NCBI GenBank assembly: GCA_017481595.1
Contig: JAFUOY010000022.1
Span: 40,713-104,712, forward strand
Origin: Clostridia bacterium
GTDB taxonomy: Bacteria > Bacillota > Clostridia > Oscillospirales > CAG-272
DNA length: 64,000 bases
Reading direction: 5' to 3'
Shown here: piece by piece, positions 9,097-19,389 of the stretch
Layout of the letters: the number at the start of each line of letters is the position of its first letter
Position numbering within the stretch: position 1 is the first letter of the stretch
Program-made: the position numbers and the translations under genes
Notes under the pieces: model-generated
Databases searched by the model: none
Told to the model about the DNA's origin: nothing
Seen by the model: only the letters and a program-made list of their open reading frames with translations

Positions 9097-10829
9097 GATT
9101 AAAGACCGTATATGAGGTTGGCAGTATTCCCCACAGTGAATATCCAAGACCTCAGTTCAAAAGAGACAGTTATATCTGTTTAAACGGATATTGGAGCTTT
9201 AAAAAGGTCAAAACGGGCGGGGACGTGTCTGAATTTGACAAAAAAATCCTCGTTCCCTTTTCTCCCGAGACCTTAAATAGCGGAATAGAGGGCGATTTTG
9301 TTCTCGGTAAGGATGAGATGCTCGTTTATGAAAAGGAGCTTGAATGTGACAAAAAACTGACACAGGGTGTCACGTATTTGCATTTTGGCGCCGTTGACCA
9401 AAGCTGTAAGGTGTATATTAACGGAAAATACGCGCTCACTCACCGCGGCGGTTATACTCCCTTTTCCCTTGAGATACAGGATCTGTTGGTTGAAGGCAAA
9501 AACCTTATCCGTGTGGAGTGTACGGATATAACGGAGGACTCACACGGGGCAAGAGGAAAGCAAAGCTCCCATCCCGGTAAAATATGGTACACCGCTCAAA
9601 GCGGAATCTGGCAGAGCGTATGGATGGAAAACGTACCGACTCAACACATAAGGGATATTACTGTAAAGACCTTTTTTGACAAAAAACAGCTGTATGTATG
9701 TTCTGAAAGCGAGGGCAAGCAGATAATTACCGTCCTTGACTCGGGTAAGGAAATATTAAAAAAGGAATTTTGTAATAAGGAAATCACCCTTGAATATGAT
9801 TTTGAGCCCTGGTCACCAAGGAGCCCCAAGCTTTATGATATGGTAATTGAAAACGAATACGGTGACAAAGTAGAGTCCTATTTCGGTATGCGTACCTTCT
9901 CCGTGGAGATGGACGAAAATGGTAAGAAGCGTCTTTTCTTAAACGGTAAGCCCTGCTTTATGAACGGAGTTTTGGATCAGGGATATTTCAGCGACGGACT
10001 TTTGACCCCTCCCTCGGACAAGGCAATGTATGACGAGATAAAAATGCTTAAGGATATGGGCTTTAATATGATAAGAAAGCATATTAAGATCGAGCCCATG
10101 CGTTGGTATTATCATTGCGACAGACTTGGAATGATAGTATGGCAGGACTTTGTAAACGGGGGCGGAGAATACAAATTCTCCCATATTGGCGTTATGCCCT
10201 TTCTCGGCTTCAAGCACAAGGACAGCGACTACAAATATTTTTCAAGAGAAAATAAGGAGGGCAGGGACGAATACTATCAGGCAATGGAGGAAACGGTGTC
10301 AGCCTTAAAAAACGTACCCTCCATCGGTGTATGGGTTCCCTTTAACGAAGGATGGGGACAGTTTGACTCCTTTGAGGTAACGAAAAAGCTCCTTTCCCTT
10401 GACGACACGAGAATCATAGATTCCGTCAGCGGATGGCACGATCAAGGAAAGGATAAGACCACTATGCTCAGCCTTCATACCTACTATACACCCTTGAAAG
10501 CGCCAAAGGACCCCCGCCCCGTTGTTCTTAGTGAATTTGGCGGCTATTCTATGAAAATAGCCGACCACGTGTACAGCGAAAAGGAATTCGGCTATAAGAT
10601 CTTCAAGGATGAAGAATCCATTTGCAAGGCGCTATCTACCCTTTATTTAAAAAAGCTTCTTCCCCTTATTAAAAAAGGCTTGTCCGCCTGCGTATATACC
10701 CAGCTCTCCGACGTTGAGGAGGAGATAAACGGTCTTATCACCTATGACAGAGCCAAAATAAAGGTCCCCGTTGAATTTATGAAAAGCATAAACGAAAGGA
10801 TATACGAGGAAGCGGACAAAATAAAATAA
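9093..10829 (+). CDS. glycoside hydrolase family 2 protein
   Basis: GH2 sugar-binding and TIM-barrel blocks: YLHFGAVDQSCKVYINGK, NMIRKHIKIEP, WQDFVNGG, WVPFNEGWGQ. Confidence 0.8.
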   Translation: MRLKTVYEVGSIPHSEYPRPQFKRDSYICLNGYWSFKKVKTGGDVSEFDKKILVPFSPETLNSGIEGDFVLGKDEMLVYEKELECDKKLTQGVTYLHFGAVDQSCKVYINGKYALTHRGGYTPFSLEIQDLLVEGKNLIRVECTDITEDSHGARGKQSSHPGKIWYTAQSGIWQSVWMENVPTQHIRDITVKTFFDKKQLYVCSESEGKQIITVLDSGKEILKKEFCNKEITLEYDFEPWSPRSPKLYDMVIENEYGDKVESYFGMRTFSVEMDENGKKRLFLNGKPCFMNGVLDQGYFSDGLLTPPSDKAMYDEIKMLKDMGFNMIRKHIKIEPMRWYYHCDRLGMIVWQDFVNGGGEYKFSHIGVMPFLGFKHKDSDYKYFSRENKEGRDEYYQAMEETVSALKNVPSIGVWVPFNEGWGQFDSFEVTKKLLSLDDTRIIDSVSGWHDQGKDKTTMLSLHTYYTPLKAPKDPRPVVLSEFGGYSMKIADHVYSEKEFGYKIFKDEESICKALSTLYLKKLLPLIKKGLSACVYTQLSDVEEEINGLITYDRAKIKVPVEFMKSINERIYEEADKIK

Positions 10830-10874
10830 TTCTTAAAAAATACGGAGTTTATCTCCGTATTTTTTTATTAAGTG

Positions 10875-10903
10875 TTGAAAAAATAATATATATATGGTAG
10901 AAT
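10875..10903 (+). promoter_or_regulatory. sigma-A type promoter of dxs
   Basis: TTGAAA, 17-nt spacer, TAGAAT, with an upstream TGg. Confidence 0.55.
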
Positions 10904-10933
10904 ATAATGAAAACCTATGTACAAAAGGATGTG

Positions 10934-12808
10934 ATGGACATAAAAAAATCAAAAGAAAAATTGAATAATCCATTACTTTGCAATATAAATTCTCCATCCG
11001 ACGTAAAGAAGATAAACGAAAAGGATATTCCAAGGCTTTGCGACGAGATAAGAGAGGAGATTATAGGTACTGTTACGGAAAACGGCGGACACCTATCCTC
11101 TAATCTTGGCGTTGTGGAATTAAGCGTGGCAATACACAGGGTCTTTGATTCTCCAAAGGATCATATTATTTTCGACGTCGGACATCAGAGCTACACTCAT
11201 AAGCTTTTAACGGGCAGAAGAGAAGAGTTCTCCACCCTCCGTAAGGGCGGCGGACTTTCGGGCTTCCCGAAAAGGACGGAGAGTGAGCATGATGCCTTCG
11301 GCACGGGACACTCCTCCACCTCTCTTTCTGCGGGACTTGGCTTTGCGGAGGCAGATAAGCTAAACGGCTCAGACGCTTATACCGTTGTTGTCCTCGGGGA
11401 TGGTGCCTTTACGGGCGGTATGATACACGAGGCGCTTAACAACTGTAAAAGAGGTCTGCGCTTAATACTCGTTATTAACGAAAATGAAATGTCAATATCC
11501 AAAAATACGGGACTCTTTGCCCGTAATCTTTCAAAGCTTCGCTCCCACCCCGGATATTACAAGACCAAGGGCGCGGTGGAAAAGTTCTTTGAGCACGTGC
11601 CCCTCGTTGGCAACACTATAATTAAAATCTTAAGATTTATAAAGAACAAATTCAAGGCTCTTTTCTACAGTGGAAATTACTTTGAGCAGCTTGGACTCAG
11701 CTACTTCGGACCCGTTAACGGAAATAAGGAGGAAACGGTTGAGGACTATCTCCGCGCGGCAAAGGCGCGTAAAAGATGCTGCGTCGTTCACTTTAAAACA
11801 GTTAAGGGTAAGGGCTATGAGCCTGCGGAGAAAAACCCCGACTTCTATCACGGTCTTGCTCCCAAGGGTACGGTACAGACGGAAAAAACCTTTTCCTCCG
11901 TATTTGGTAACAGGCTTACCGAAATTGCAAACGGCAACGATAAGGTATGCGCAATTACCGCCGCTATGATGCAGGGCACGGGACTTACACCCTTTAAGGA
12001 AAATCACCCCGAGCGCTTTTACGATATTGGTATTGCGGAATCCCACGCGGTAACCTTTGCCGCAGGTCTGAGCGCCAACGGATATTTGCCCGTTGTGGCA
12101 ATTTATTCCACCTTTTTACAAAGGTCCTATGATAATATCATTCACGACGTTGCCTTGCAGAATCTTCCCGTTTTGTTCTGCATTGACAGAGCAGGGCTAA
12201 ACGCAAGGGACGGAGCCACACATCACGGTATTTTTGACGTATCGTTCCTTTTACAAATACCCGGAATGGATATATGGGAGCCCCTTTCCTTTGACTCATT
12301 TGAGAAAATGATGGACGGATATTTCTCCTCGGAGAAAAAGCGCCCCACGGCTATCCGTTATCCTGCGGGCTCTGAGTGTGAAGCTATAACCTCATATCTT
12401 AAAAACAATACGTTTGATATTACTTGCGGAGTGTATGCGGACTTCACCCCCGAAAATGCTCCCGATAATATAATAGTTACCTATGGCAGACTGTGCGCCG
12501 AAGCAATAGAAGCAAAGAAGGATAGCGACAGGGCAGGACTTATCCTCCTTGAGCATCTTTCCGATCTTGGCACTCTTGCCAAGGCTGTTTTGCCATACGT
12601 TAACGGAAAAAATCTTATATTTGCCGAGGAGGGTGTGTATAACGGCTCCCTTGCGGTAAATCTTTCCCAAGGCTTGAAGGAAAACGGCTTTAACGGAAAA
12701 ATCTCCGTTCTTGCCATTAAGGATAGCTTTGCGGTACAGACAACGGAAGAAAATATATACAAAACTGCAGGCATCAGTAAGGATGCCATAAGACAGCTCT
12801 TCGTTTAA
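10934..12808 (+). CDS. dxs: 1-deoxy-D-xylulose-5-phosphate synthase
   Basis: GGHLSSNLGVVELSVAIH, DVGHQSYTHKLLTGR and GDGAFTGGM motifs. The tracked ATG at 10907 lies only 3 nt after the -10 box. I prefer ATG 10934, which is preceded by AAGGA. Confidence 0.9.
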   Translation: MDIKKSKEKLNNPLLCNINSPSDVKKINEKDIPRLCDEIREEIIGTVTENGGHLSSNLGVVELSVAIHRVFDSPKDHIIFDVGHQSYTHKLLTGRREEFSTLRKGGGLSGFPKRTESEHDAFGTGHSSTSLSAGLGFAEADKLNGSDAYTVVVLGDGAFTGGMIHEALNNCKRGLRLILVINENEMSISKNTGLFARNLSKLRSHPGYYKTKGAVEKFFEHVPLVGNTIIKILRFIKNKFKALFYSGNYFEQLGLSYFGPVNGNKEETVEDYLRAAKARKRCCVVHFKTVKGKGYEPAEKNPDFYHGLAPKGTVQTEKTFSSVFGNRLTEIANGNDKVCAITAAMMQGTGLTPFKENHPERFYDIGIAESHAVTFAAGLSANGYLPVVAIYSTFLQRSYDNIIHDVALQNLPVLFCIDRAGLNARDGATHHGIFDVSFLLQIPGMDIWEPLSFDSFEKMMDGYFSSEKKRPTAIRYPAGSECEAITSYLKNNTFDITCGVYADFTPENAPDNIIVTYGRLCAEAIEAKKDSDRAGLILLEHLSDLGTLAKAVLPYVNGKNLIFAEEGVYNGSLAVNLSQGLKENGFNGKISVLAIKDSFAVQTTEENIYKTAGISKDAIRQLFV

Positions 12809-12825
12809 AGAAATGGAGTAGAGAA

Positions 12826-14847
12826 ATGCTTACCATAACTACAGAAAAATTTTACACGGAAATTTTAAAAAACGATATTGCAGGTCTTAAGGATATTGAT
12901 AAGACCTTTGCAAATGAGGGAGAAGAGGCGGCAAGAATACGCTTTGCCAACTACGTTAGAACAAGCCTCCCCTTTGATAATTATTTTACAATACCCTATC
13001 CCCCCGAGGAAAATAAGTGGCACGCAGAGGGAGAGGACCCATACGTAACGGGTGAAAAGATACTTAAAAATATTCTTACCTCCTGTGAGTACGAGCATAA
13101 TTTCGGAGATAAGGTCATCTGGGATTTTAACCCCACCTATGAGGGTAACGTGGAGTGGACCTATCAGCTTAACCGCCACCACGAGTTCCGTCATATTGCA
13201 AAGCTTTATAATGAAACGGGGGACGAAAGATACACCCGCGCCTTCGCGTCCCTTTGCGAGTCCTTTATTGACCAGACAAAATGGCCTGTAAGAGGCACTC
13301 CCGAATTTGAGCAGGGAGGCGGAAGCACCAATACCTGGCGTACCATTGAGGTAGGTATAAGAATGGCTTCAAGCTGGCCCTACGCCATCTTTTCCTTTGT
13401 AAGATCTCCCGAGGTAAGCGATAAGCTTATTGAAAAGATATTCATGTCCGTTTGGGAGCAGGCGCAAAGACTTATTGACAACCACACAGGCGTAAACTGG
13501 CTCATTATGGAAATGACGGGACTTTTGCACTCGGGTGTTCTTTATTCCTTTATTAAGGATAGTGACTATTGGGCAAAATATGCTCTTGACACTCTTACGG
13601 AGCAGATCCAAAAGCAGGTGTTCCCCGACGGATTCCAGTTTGAGCTTACCACAAACTACCATTACGCTTGTATGGAAAACTATTACAAGGCTATGCGTCT
13701 TTGTAACGCAATGGGATATAAGTTCCCAAAGAAGATAACCAATATCTTAAAGAAAATGAACCATATATTCCCCATTCTCGTTAAGCCTACCCTTCATCTG
13801 CCCGACATCAATGACGGTACCAACAAAAAGATCAATCAGCAGATGAATGACGCCCTTTCAATAGATCCCGACAACGAGGTATTTAAGTACTTCGCAACGG
13901 ACGGTAAGGAGGGACACGTTCCCGAATATAAGTCCATAGGACTTGATTACTCAGGCTTTGCCGTTATGAGAAACGGCTGGGATTGGGATAGTGTTTATAT
14001 GCTCTTTGACGGCGCTCACTTTGGTAAAGCCCATCAGCACGAGGATAAATTGGCTATTATATTGACAGCGTACGGTCAGGATATGATCGACGATATCGGC
14101 GCATACGCCTATGACGGCTCTCAGATGAGAGGATACGCCTGCTCAACCTACAGCCACTCCACGGGTATTGTTGACGGCGGCGAGCAGAGAAGATACGGTA
14201 CCTTTACCTGGAAGGATAGCGACATAAAGAAAAAGAGCAATTTCCGCTTCTCCATAAAGGACGATTACGAAATTACGGAAAGCGCTTATGAGGACGGCTA
14301 CGGTAAGGACTTTATCCCCGTTGTACATAAGAGAAGGATCATCTTCTTCAAAAACGGTATTGGCAGCATAAAGGCTCCCTTCTTCCTCCTTCGCGATACC
14401 TTTAAGGCAAATGACGATAAGAGCCATAAGTGTGAGGTGATCTTCAATATGCAGGCAATGCCCTACAAGTTTGAGGATAATAAGGCAATTTCCTACCTTA
14501 ACTACGGCGCAAGACTTCTTATCTCCTCTACGGGAGAGGGAAGATTGGCTATTGGGGAGGAATTCCGCGCGGAGGTTTCACATTCTTCCGTAAAATCCCT
14601 TATGGGCTGGAAGCCTGTTAAGACTCCCGATCCTCATCTTGATCCCAACGCGCCCCACTCACATCAGCCCTCACCTACGGCTGTGTATAAGGCAAACGGA
14701 AAGATGTGTACTATTTATACGATCCTTTCCCCCCATTCCTATGAGCATCCCGAAAACGTTACTCTTGTAAAAGAGGGCAGAAAGCTCTATGCAGTAAGCA
14801 ATACGGGACATAAGGAAGAGATAGTTATTTCCGATTATACCTTTTAA
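12826..14847 (+). CDS. heparinase II/III-like (polysaccharide lyase-like) protein
   Basis: 673 aa. An alpha/alpha toroid-like N-terminal half is followed by the C-terminal block FGKAHQHEDKLAIIL, typical of the heparinase II/III family. Confidence 0.65.
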   Translation: MLTITTEKFYTEILKNDIAGLKDIDKTFANEGEEAARIRFANYVRTSLPFDNYFTIPYPPEENKWHAEGEDPYVTGEKILKNILTSCEYEHNFGDKVIWDFNPTYEGNVEWTYQLNRHHEFRHIAKLYNETGDERYTRAFASLCESFIDQTKWPVRGTPEFEQGGGSTNTWRTIEVGIRMASSWPYAIFSFVRSPEVSDKLIEKIFMSVWEQAQRLIDNHTGVNWLIMEMTGLLHSGVLYSFIKDSDYWAKYALDTLTEQIQKQVFPDGFQFELTTNYHYACMENYYKAMRLCNAMGYKFPKKITNILKKMNHIFPILVKPTLHLPDINDGTNKKINQQMNDALSIDPDNEVFKYFATDGKEGHVPEYKSIGLDYSGFAVMRNGWDWDSVYMLFDGAHFGKAHQHEDKLAIILTAYGQDMIDDIGAYAYDGSQMRGYACSTYSHSTGIVDGGEQRRYGTFTWKDSDIKKKSNFRFSIKDDYEITESAYEDGYGKDFIPVVHKRRIIFFKNGIGSIKAPFFLLRDTFKANDDKSHKCEVIFNMQAMPYKFEDNKAISYLNYGARLLISSTGEGRLAIGEEFRAEVSHSSVKSLMGWKPVKTPDPHLDPNAPHSHQPSPTAVYKANGKMCTIYTILSPHSYEHPENVTLVKEGRKLYAVSNTGHKEEIVISDYTF

Positions 14848-15203
14848 TGGCGACCGTAAGCGAGGCTTTAAAAAGACTTGAAGGGTCAAAATTCCGTTCC
14901 TCCTTTCATTTGAGTAAAAAGGATAAGGAATACGTTTTGGAAAAGGGAATTGAGGTAATACGCGCCCACGCAAGAGATATAATTACAAAGCGCCTTGCCC
15001 CTGCCGTAATTCCAAACGACGGAAAGCAGACCCCCACAAAGGGACATCCCGTATTCATAGCTCAGCACGCCTGCGCTATGTGCTGCCGCGGATGTATGTA
15101 TAAATGGTATAAGGTAAAAAAGGGCGTACCCTTAACCGATATCCAGATTGAAAAATGCGTAAACCTTCTTGTGGCTTGGATAGAGAATCAACTGAATAAA
15201 TAA
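14847..15203 (+). CDS. DUF4186 domain protein
   Basis: SKFRSSFHL...NDGKQTPTKGHPVFIAQHACAMCCRGC is the DUF4186 signature. The start overlaps the previous stop (TAATG). Confidence 0.8.
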   Translation: MATVSEALKRLEGSKFRSSFHLSKKDKEYVLEKGIEVIRAHARDIITKRLAPAVIPNDGKQTPTKGHPVFIAQHACAMCCRGCMYKWYKVKKGVPLTDIQIEKCVNLLVAWIENQLNK

Positions 15204-15251
15204 TTAAACGAGGACGGAAAACCGTCCTCGCTATTTTTATTAAAAATACTA

Positions 15252-15280
15252 TTGACATATTCGCTTTGATGTGATAGAAT
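15252..15280 (+). promoter_or_regulatory. sigma-A type promoter (left copy of the duplicated cassette)
   Basis: TTGACA (15252-15257), 17-nt spacer, TGa-TAGAAT (15275-15280). The sequence is identical to the minus-strand promoter at 41856-41884. Confidence 0.65.
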
Positions 15281-15345
15281 CTAATTAGATAGATGTGTGA
15301 TAAAAACACTATAAAGGATTTATTTTGAAAAGGAGGATAAAATTT

Positions 15346-17700
15346 ATGAAAAAATTAATGTCAATATTGTTAGTGTTACTTATGCTGACGTCCGTTCTTG
15401 CCTCCTGCGGTGGAAATGATGAAACTACAACAACGGAATTTCCCACAACAGAAGCACCTACAACGGAAGCGCCAACAACCGAAGCTCCCACTACGGAAGC
15501 GCCAACTACGGAAGCTCCTACAACGGAAGTGCCAACAACCGAAGCACCTACAACGGAAGCGCCAACAACCGAAGTACCAACAACGGAAGCTCCCACTACG
15601 GAAGTCCCTACAACACTTCCTCCCGCAGATGACAACGCTCCGAAGGAAATGGTTACAATTACCTTTGATACTAAAGGAGGACCAACGATTCCGAGCCAAA
15701 TAGTAGAAAAAGGCTCCTTAGTAAGAAAACCTGATGGTCCATCAAGATTAGGCTATATTTTTTACGGTTGGTACATAAACGATAAACAATGGTTGGGCAG
15801 ATTTGTTGCTGAGGAAGATACCGTTGTTGAAGCAAAATGGATTCCTGCAGTATATAATATAAAATATGTATTAAACGGCGGCGTAAATAACGGAGAAAAT
15901 AAAACTTCACATACCATAGAGGCTGATGGATTTGTATTGAAGGACCCAGTCAAGGAAGGCGCGAACTTCCTTGGTTGGTATACTGATTACGAATTTAAAA
16001 ATAAGATTACCGAAATTAAAAAAGGTGATATAGGAAATCTGGTATTATATGCAAAATGGGATGATCATAATACAGATACAGGTAATAACGGATCTGGCAG
16101 TACAGGTAATAACGGATTTGACAATACAGGTATAAGTGTTAACGGACTTACACTTGTACTCGATGGAAATGGATATAAAGTAACAAAATGTGCAAAATAT
16201 GTAGATAAAGCGGTAATTCCCGCAACACACGAAGGGTTGCCTGTTACCTCTATAGGTGACGGTGCATTTAGATACTGTGATTATCTTAAAAGCATTACAA
16301 TACCCAATAGCGTTACTTCTATAGGTGTTGACGCGTTTTACAGGTGCTCTTCTCTTACAGATATTACAATACCTGATAGTGTTACTTCTATAGGCGCCTG
16401 CGCGTTTTACGAGTGCACTTCTCTTACAAGCATTAAAATACCCAATGGCGTTACGTCTATAGGTTTTGGTGCGTTTGCCTGTTGCTCATCCCTTACAAGT
16501 ATTACGATACCCAATAGCATTACTTCCATAGATAACAGTGTTTTTTCAGGTTGCGAATCTCTTACAAGTATTACAATACCCGATAGCGTTACATCTATAG
16601 GTTATGAAGCGTTTTATGAGTGCACTTCTCTTACAAGTATAAATGTTGGTGAAAATAACGAGAATTATAAATCCATAGACGGTGTATTGTTCAGCAAAGA
16701 CGGAAAAACCTTAATTGCTTATCCGGCAGGAAAAGGAACGTCATATAGTATACCAAATCACGTTACTTCTATAGGTTATGGCGCATTTTACGGTTGTTCT
16801 TCTCTTGCAAGCGTTACAATACCCGATAGTGTTACTTCTATGGGTGAAAATGCATTTCGCGGTTGTTCTTCTCTTACAAGTGTTACAATCCCCAATAGCG
16901 TTACTTCTATAGAATGGAATGCGTTTCTTAATTGTACTTCCCTTGCGAATGTTACACTGCAAAACGGTGTTTTATCTATAGGTGATGATGCATTTGCAGG
17001 TTGCGAATCTCTTACAAGTATTACAATACCCGATAGCGTTACATCTATAGGTGACTACGCATTCTCCGGTTGCAAATCTCTTAAGAATGTTACTATGCAA
17101 AATAGTGCTCTATCTATAGGCGACTCCGCCTTCAAGGATTGCACGTCTATTGAAAGTCTTACAATTTCCAATAGAGTTACTAAGATACACAAACGCGCGT
17201 TTGAGGGCTGTACTTCCATTACAAATGCTACAGCTCCTGCAATGGCATTAAAATATATTCCAAAAGACAAGTTGAAAACGGTTACCATTTCCGGCGGCGC
17301 TGTTGTAGATGGGCTTGACGGATGCACGTCTCTTAAGAGCATTACGATACCGGATAGTGTTGTTTCCATAAATGAAGATGCATTTGAAGGCTGCACGTCT
17401 CTTAAGAGTATTACAATACCGGATAGCGTTGTTTCTATAGGTTGGAATGCGTTTAAGGGCTGTACTGCTCTTACCGACATTAAAATACCAAGCAGTGCTT
17501 TATCTATAGGCGGCCGCGCCTTTGAGGGATGTACGTCTCTTACAAGCATTACAATTCCCGAAAGCGTTACTGCTATGGGTAAAGACGTATTTATAGGTTG
17601 TTCTTCCCTTACGGTACGTTGTGAAATAGCCAGCAAGCCAACGTTCTGGAGATCCGAATGGAACTCTACAAATATACCTGTAGTTTGGGGTACAAAGTAA
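15346..17700 (+). CDS. surface lipoprotein with PTTEA linker, Listeria-Bacteroides (Flg_new) repeats and BspA-type leucine-rich repeats
   Basis: Start is the ATG after AGGAGG. Lipobox is LASCGG. GYIFYGWY and FLGWYTD repeat motifs are present. There are more than 15 LRR units of the form ITIPDSVTSIGxxAFxxCxSL. Confidence 0.85.
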   Translation: MKKLMSILLVLLMLTSVLASCGGNDETTTTEFPTTEAPTTEAPTTEAPTTEAPTTEAPTTEVPTTEAPTTEAPTTEVPTTEAPTTEVPTTLPPADDNAPKEMVTITFDTKGGPTIPSQIVEKGSLVRKPDGPSRLGYIFYGWYINDKQWLGRFVAEEDTVVEAKWIPAVYNIKYVLNGGVNNGENKTSHTIEADGFVLKDPVKEGANFLGWYTDYEFKNKITEIKKGDIGNLVLYAKWDDHNTDTGNNGSGSTGNNGFDNTGISVNGLTLVLDGNGYKVTKCAKYVDKAVIPATHEGLPVTSIGDGAFRYCDYLKSITIPNSVTSIGVDAFYRCSSLTDITIPDSVTSIGACAFYECTSLTSIKIPNGVTSIGFGAFACCSSLTSITIPNSITSIDNSVFSGCESLTSITIPDSVTSIGYEAFYECTSLTSINVGENNENYKSIDGVLFSKDGKTLIAYPAGKGTSYSIPNHVTSIGYGAFYGCSSLASVTIPDSVTSMGENAFRGCSSLTSVTIPNSVTSIEWNAFLNCTSLANVTLQNGVLSIGDDAFAGCESLTSITIPDSVTSIGDYAFSGCKSLKNVTMQNSALSIGDSAFKDCTSIESLTISNRVTKIHKRAFEGCTSITNATAPAMALKYIPKDKLKTVTISGGAVVDGLDGCTSLKSITIPDSVVSINEDAFEGCTSLKSITIPDSVVSIGWNAFKGCTALTDIKIPSSALSIGGRAFEGCTSLTSITIPESVTAMGKDVFIGCSSLTVRCEIASKPTFWRSEWNSTNIPVVWGTK
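15427..15615 (+). repeat. tandem 15-nt repeat encoding (PTTE[AV])x12 linker
   Basis: Direct reading of the sequence. Units vary at synonymous positions. The minus-strand ORFs across this stretch are shadows. Confidence 0.9.
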
Positions 17701-17710
17701 AATAATAAAA

Positions 17711-17744
17711 AACACTTGCGACTACGTGTCGCAAGTGTTTTTTA
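17711..17744. terminator. bidirectional intrinsic terminator
   Basis: AACACTTGCGAC / GTCGCAAGTGTT 12-bp stem flanked by an A-run and a T-run. Confidence 0.8.
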
Positions 17745-17745
17745 T

Positions 17746-18324
17746 TTATAATAGCTTTTCAAACTCTTCCCTTGAATAAAGTATATTGATAGCAGAGAGC
17801 ATTGCGTTTGACGTCATATCGTTAGGAAGACCAAGCCTTGTTAAAAGGTTGGCTCTTTTTTCCTTACTGTCGGCTCGTCCGCTTAAGCCGTAAGCGTAAA
17901 GATCCGCCTTTGTAATGGGCGTTTTATCTACACTCCCCCCACCGTTTTCCTCACAAAAGGGAGAAAGCAGACTGTACAAAATATCCTTGTCCGTGCCCTC
18001 CACTCCAAGAATACCTTCCTTGGACGCTTCCGTTTTCCTTTTTTCCTTACCCTCAATTTTCGGTGTGTACAGATTTATTATTTTATCGGGGCTTACCGCC
18101 GTCTTGATATACGAGCGGATAAGGTGCCCACCCCCGTCGGAGTCGGTAAGTAGTATGATTTTCCCCTTTTGCGCAAGGGAGCGAATAAGGGAAAGCTTTT
18201 CCTTTTTGTTGAATATTCCAAAGCCGTCCGTGGTTATGACCGTAGCCTCAAAAAGAGAGGTTATTTTTATTTTGTCATACTTACCCTCAACGATAACAGG
18301 GTATTTAATCTTCATAATTTCCAC
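17746..18324 (-). CDS. Toprim domain protein (RNase M5-like)
   Basis: VIVEGKYDK...ILLTDSDGGGHLIR matches the Toprim E...DxD pattern. Confidence 0.55.
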   Translation of the reverse strand: MEIMKIKYPVIVEGKYDKIKITSLFEATVITTDGFGIFNKKEKLSLIRSLAQKGKIILLTDSDGGGHLIRSYIKTAVSPDKIINLYTPKIEGKEKRKTEASKEGILGVEGTDKDILYSLLSPFCEENGGGSVDKTPITKADLYAYGLSGRADSKEKRANLLTRLGLPNDMTSNAMLSAINILYSREEFEKLL

Positions 18325-18348
18325 CTCTTTTAAAAGCCTTTTGTAAAA

Positions 18349-19389
18349 TCAGTTTCCCCTTAAAACTATAAGCATACTGACAAGCCTTTCAACGGGGATA
18401 TATCCCGTAAGGTTGCCAAAGGATTTTGATGCAACGTCAGCCTCCTTGCACAATTCAAGAGAGCGCTCTATTCTTTGGGGTGACATTTTTGATATACGGG
18501 TAAGGTATTTTCCCACCTTGAACTCGTGTATCTTTAAGGACGCGGCTATTTTATCCTTGCTCATACCCGATTTGTAAAGGCGCATTACCGCGTACATTTC
18601 CGTATACATTTTTACAATACTGTAAAGAATAAGGTTAGGTGGCTCGTGATTGAGCTTCTGCCTTTTAAGGGTTTCAAAAACCAAGGATCTCGGTCCCTCA
18701 AGTAGGGAATTGGTAAGCTGGAAATCATCATATTCCGAGGATTTGCAGCACACTGTGTCGATTATTTCCTTATTCTTTATTGCTATTTTGTTCTGTAGAG
18801 CATAGGCGCAAAGCTTTGATATTTCATTCGATAACGCCCACATATCGTGGCCGCATATGTCAACGAGGTAATCGCAAAGCTCGGTGTCAAACTCCACGCC
18901 CCCGTGGGAGAAATGGCGCATTATCCAGGCGCGAAGCCTTGCGCTCTGCGGGAAATTAAATTCCACCGCCTTGATATGCTTCGTAATGAGCTTGTACATT
19001 TCGCTTGGACGCTTCGGCAGCTTGCCACTGTCAAAACACCAGGAATCCGCCCTTATGATAAGCACCGTGTGGTCGTATTCGTCAATGTGGGAAAGCACGT
19101 CGGAAAGCTCTGCCCATTCGTCCTTTTTAAGTGACTTAAAGTCAACGCCTCTTACCTCTACAAGCTTCTTTTCCGCCATCATAGGCAATGTAGCCAACGC
19201 GTTAATAAGAGCAGAGGGAGAAAAGTCCTCTCCATAGAGAATAATATGGTTAAATTCATCAAAGGCGCCGTCAAGGATCTGCTTTCTTACCTCCTTTGAG
19301 TAGGAGTATTTTAAATAATCCTCATCCCCGTGGAAAAGATAGCCACCCGAAAGACTCTTTAATTCCTGCTTGAATTCATTTTCTGTCAT
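18349..19389 (-). CDS. holA: DNA polymerase III subunit delta
   Basis: 346 aa with a YLFHGDEDYLK N-terminus and a delta-subunit-like helical C-terminus. Confidence 0.75.
   Translation of the reverse strand: MTENEFKQELKSLSGGYLFHGDEDYLKYSYSKEVRKQILDGAFDEFNHIILYGEDFSPSALINALATLPMMAEKKLVEVRGVDFKSLKKDEWAELSDVLSHIDEYDHTVLIIRADSWCFDSGKLPKRPSEMYKLITKHIKAVEFNFPQSARLRAWIMRHFSHGGVEFDTELCDYLVDICGHDMWALSNEISKLCAYALQNKIAIKNKEIIDTVCCKSSEYDDFQLTNSLLEGPRSLVFETLKRQKLNHEPPNLILYSIVKMYTEMYAVMRLYKSGMSKDKIAASLKIHEFKVGKYLTRISKMSPQRIERSLELCKEADVASKSFGNLTGYIPVERLVSMLIVLRGN

Noticed and set aside
10907-10933. Tracked dxs start at ATG 10907
   Set aside because: It lies 3 nt after the predicted -10 box, so it would have to be leaderless. 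ATG 10934 has an AAGGA RBS. The alternative cannot be excluded.
15309-15635. 108-aa minus-strand ORF rich in VVGASVVG repeats, plus other frames at 15376-15703
   Set aside because: These are frame shadows of the 15-nt PTTEA tandem repeat in the plus-strand lipoprotein gene. They have no RBS and their composition is dictated by the repeat.
17055-17636. 193-aa minus-strand ORF. Similar long antisense ORFs occur at 6701-7243, 7761-8423, 23772-24314, 36058-36732 and 37831-38370.
   Set aside because: All are antisense to well-supported genes with clear family signatures, lack RBSs and have biased composition. These are typical shadow ORFs.
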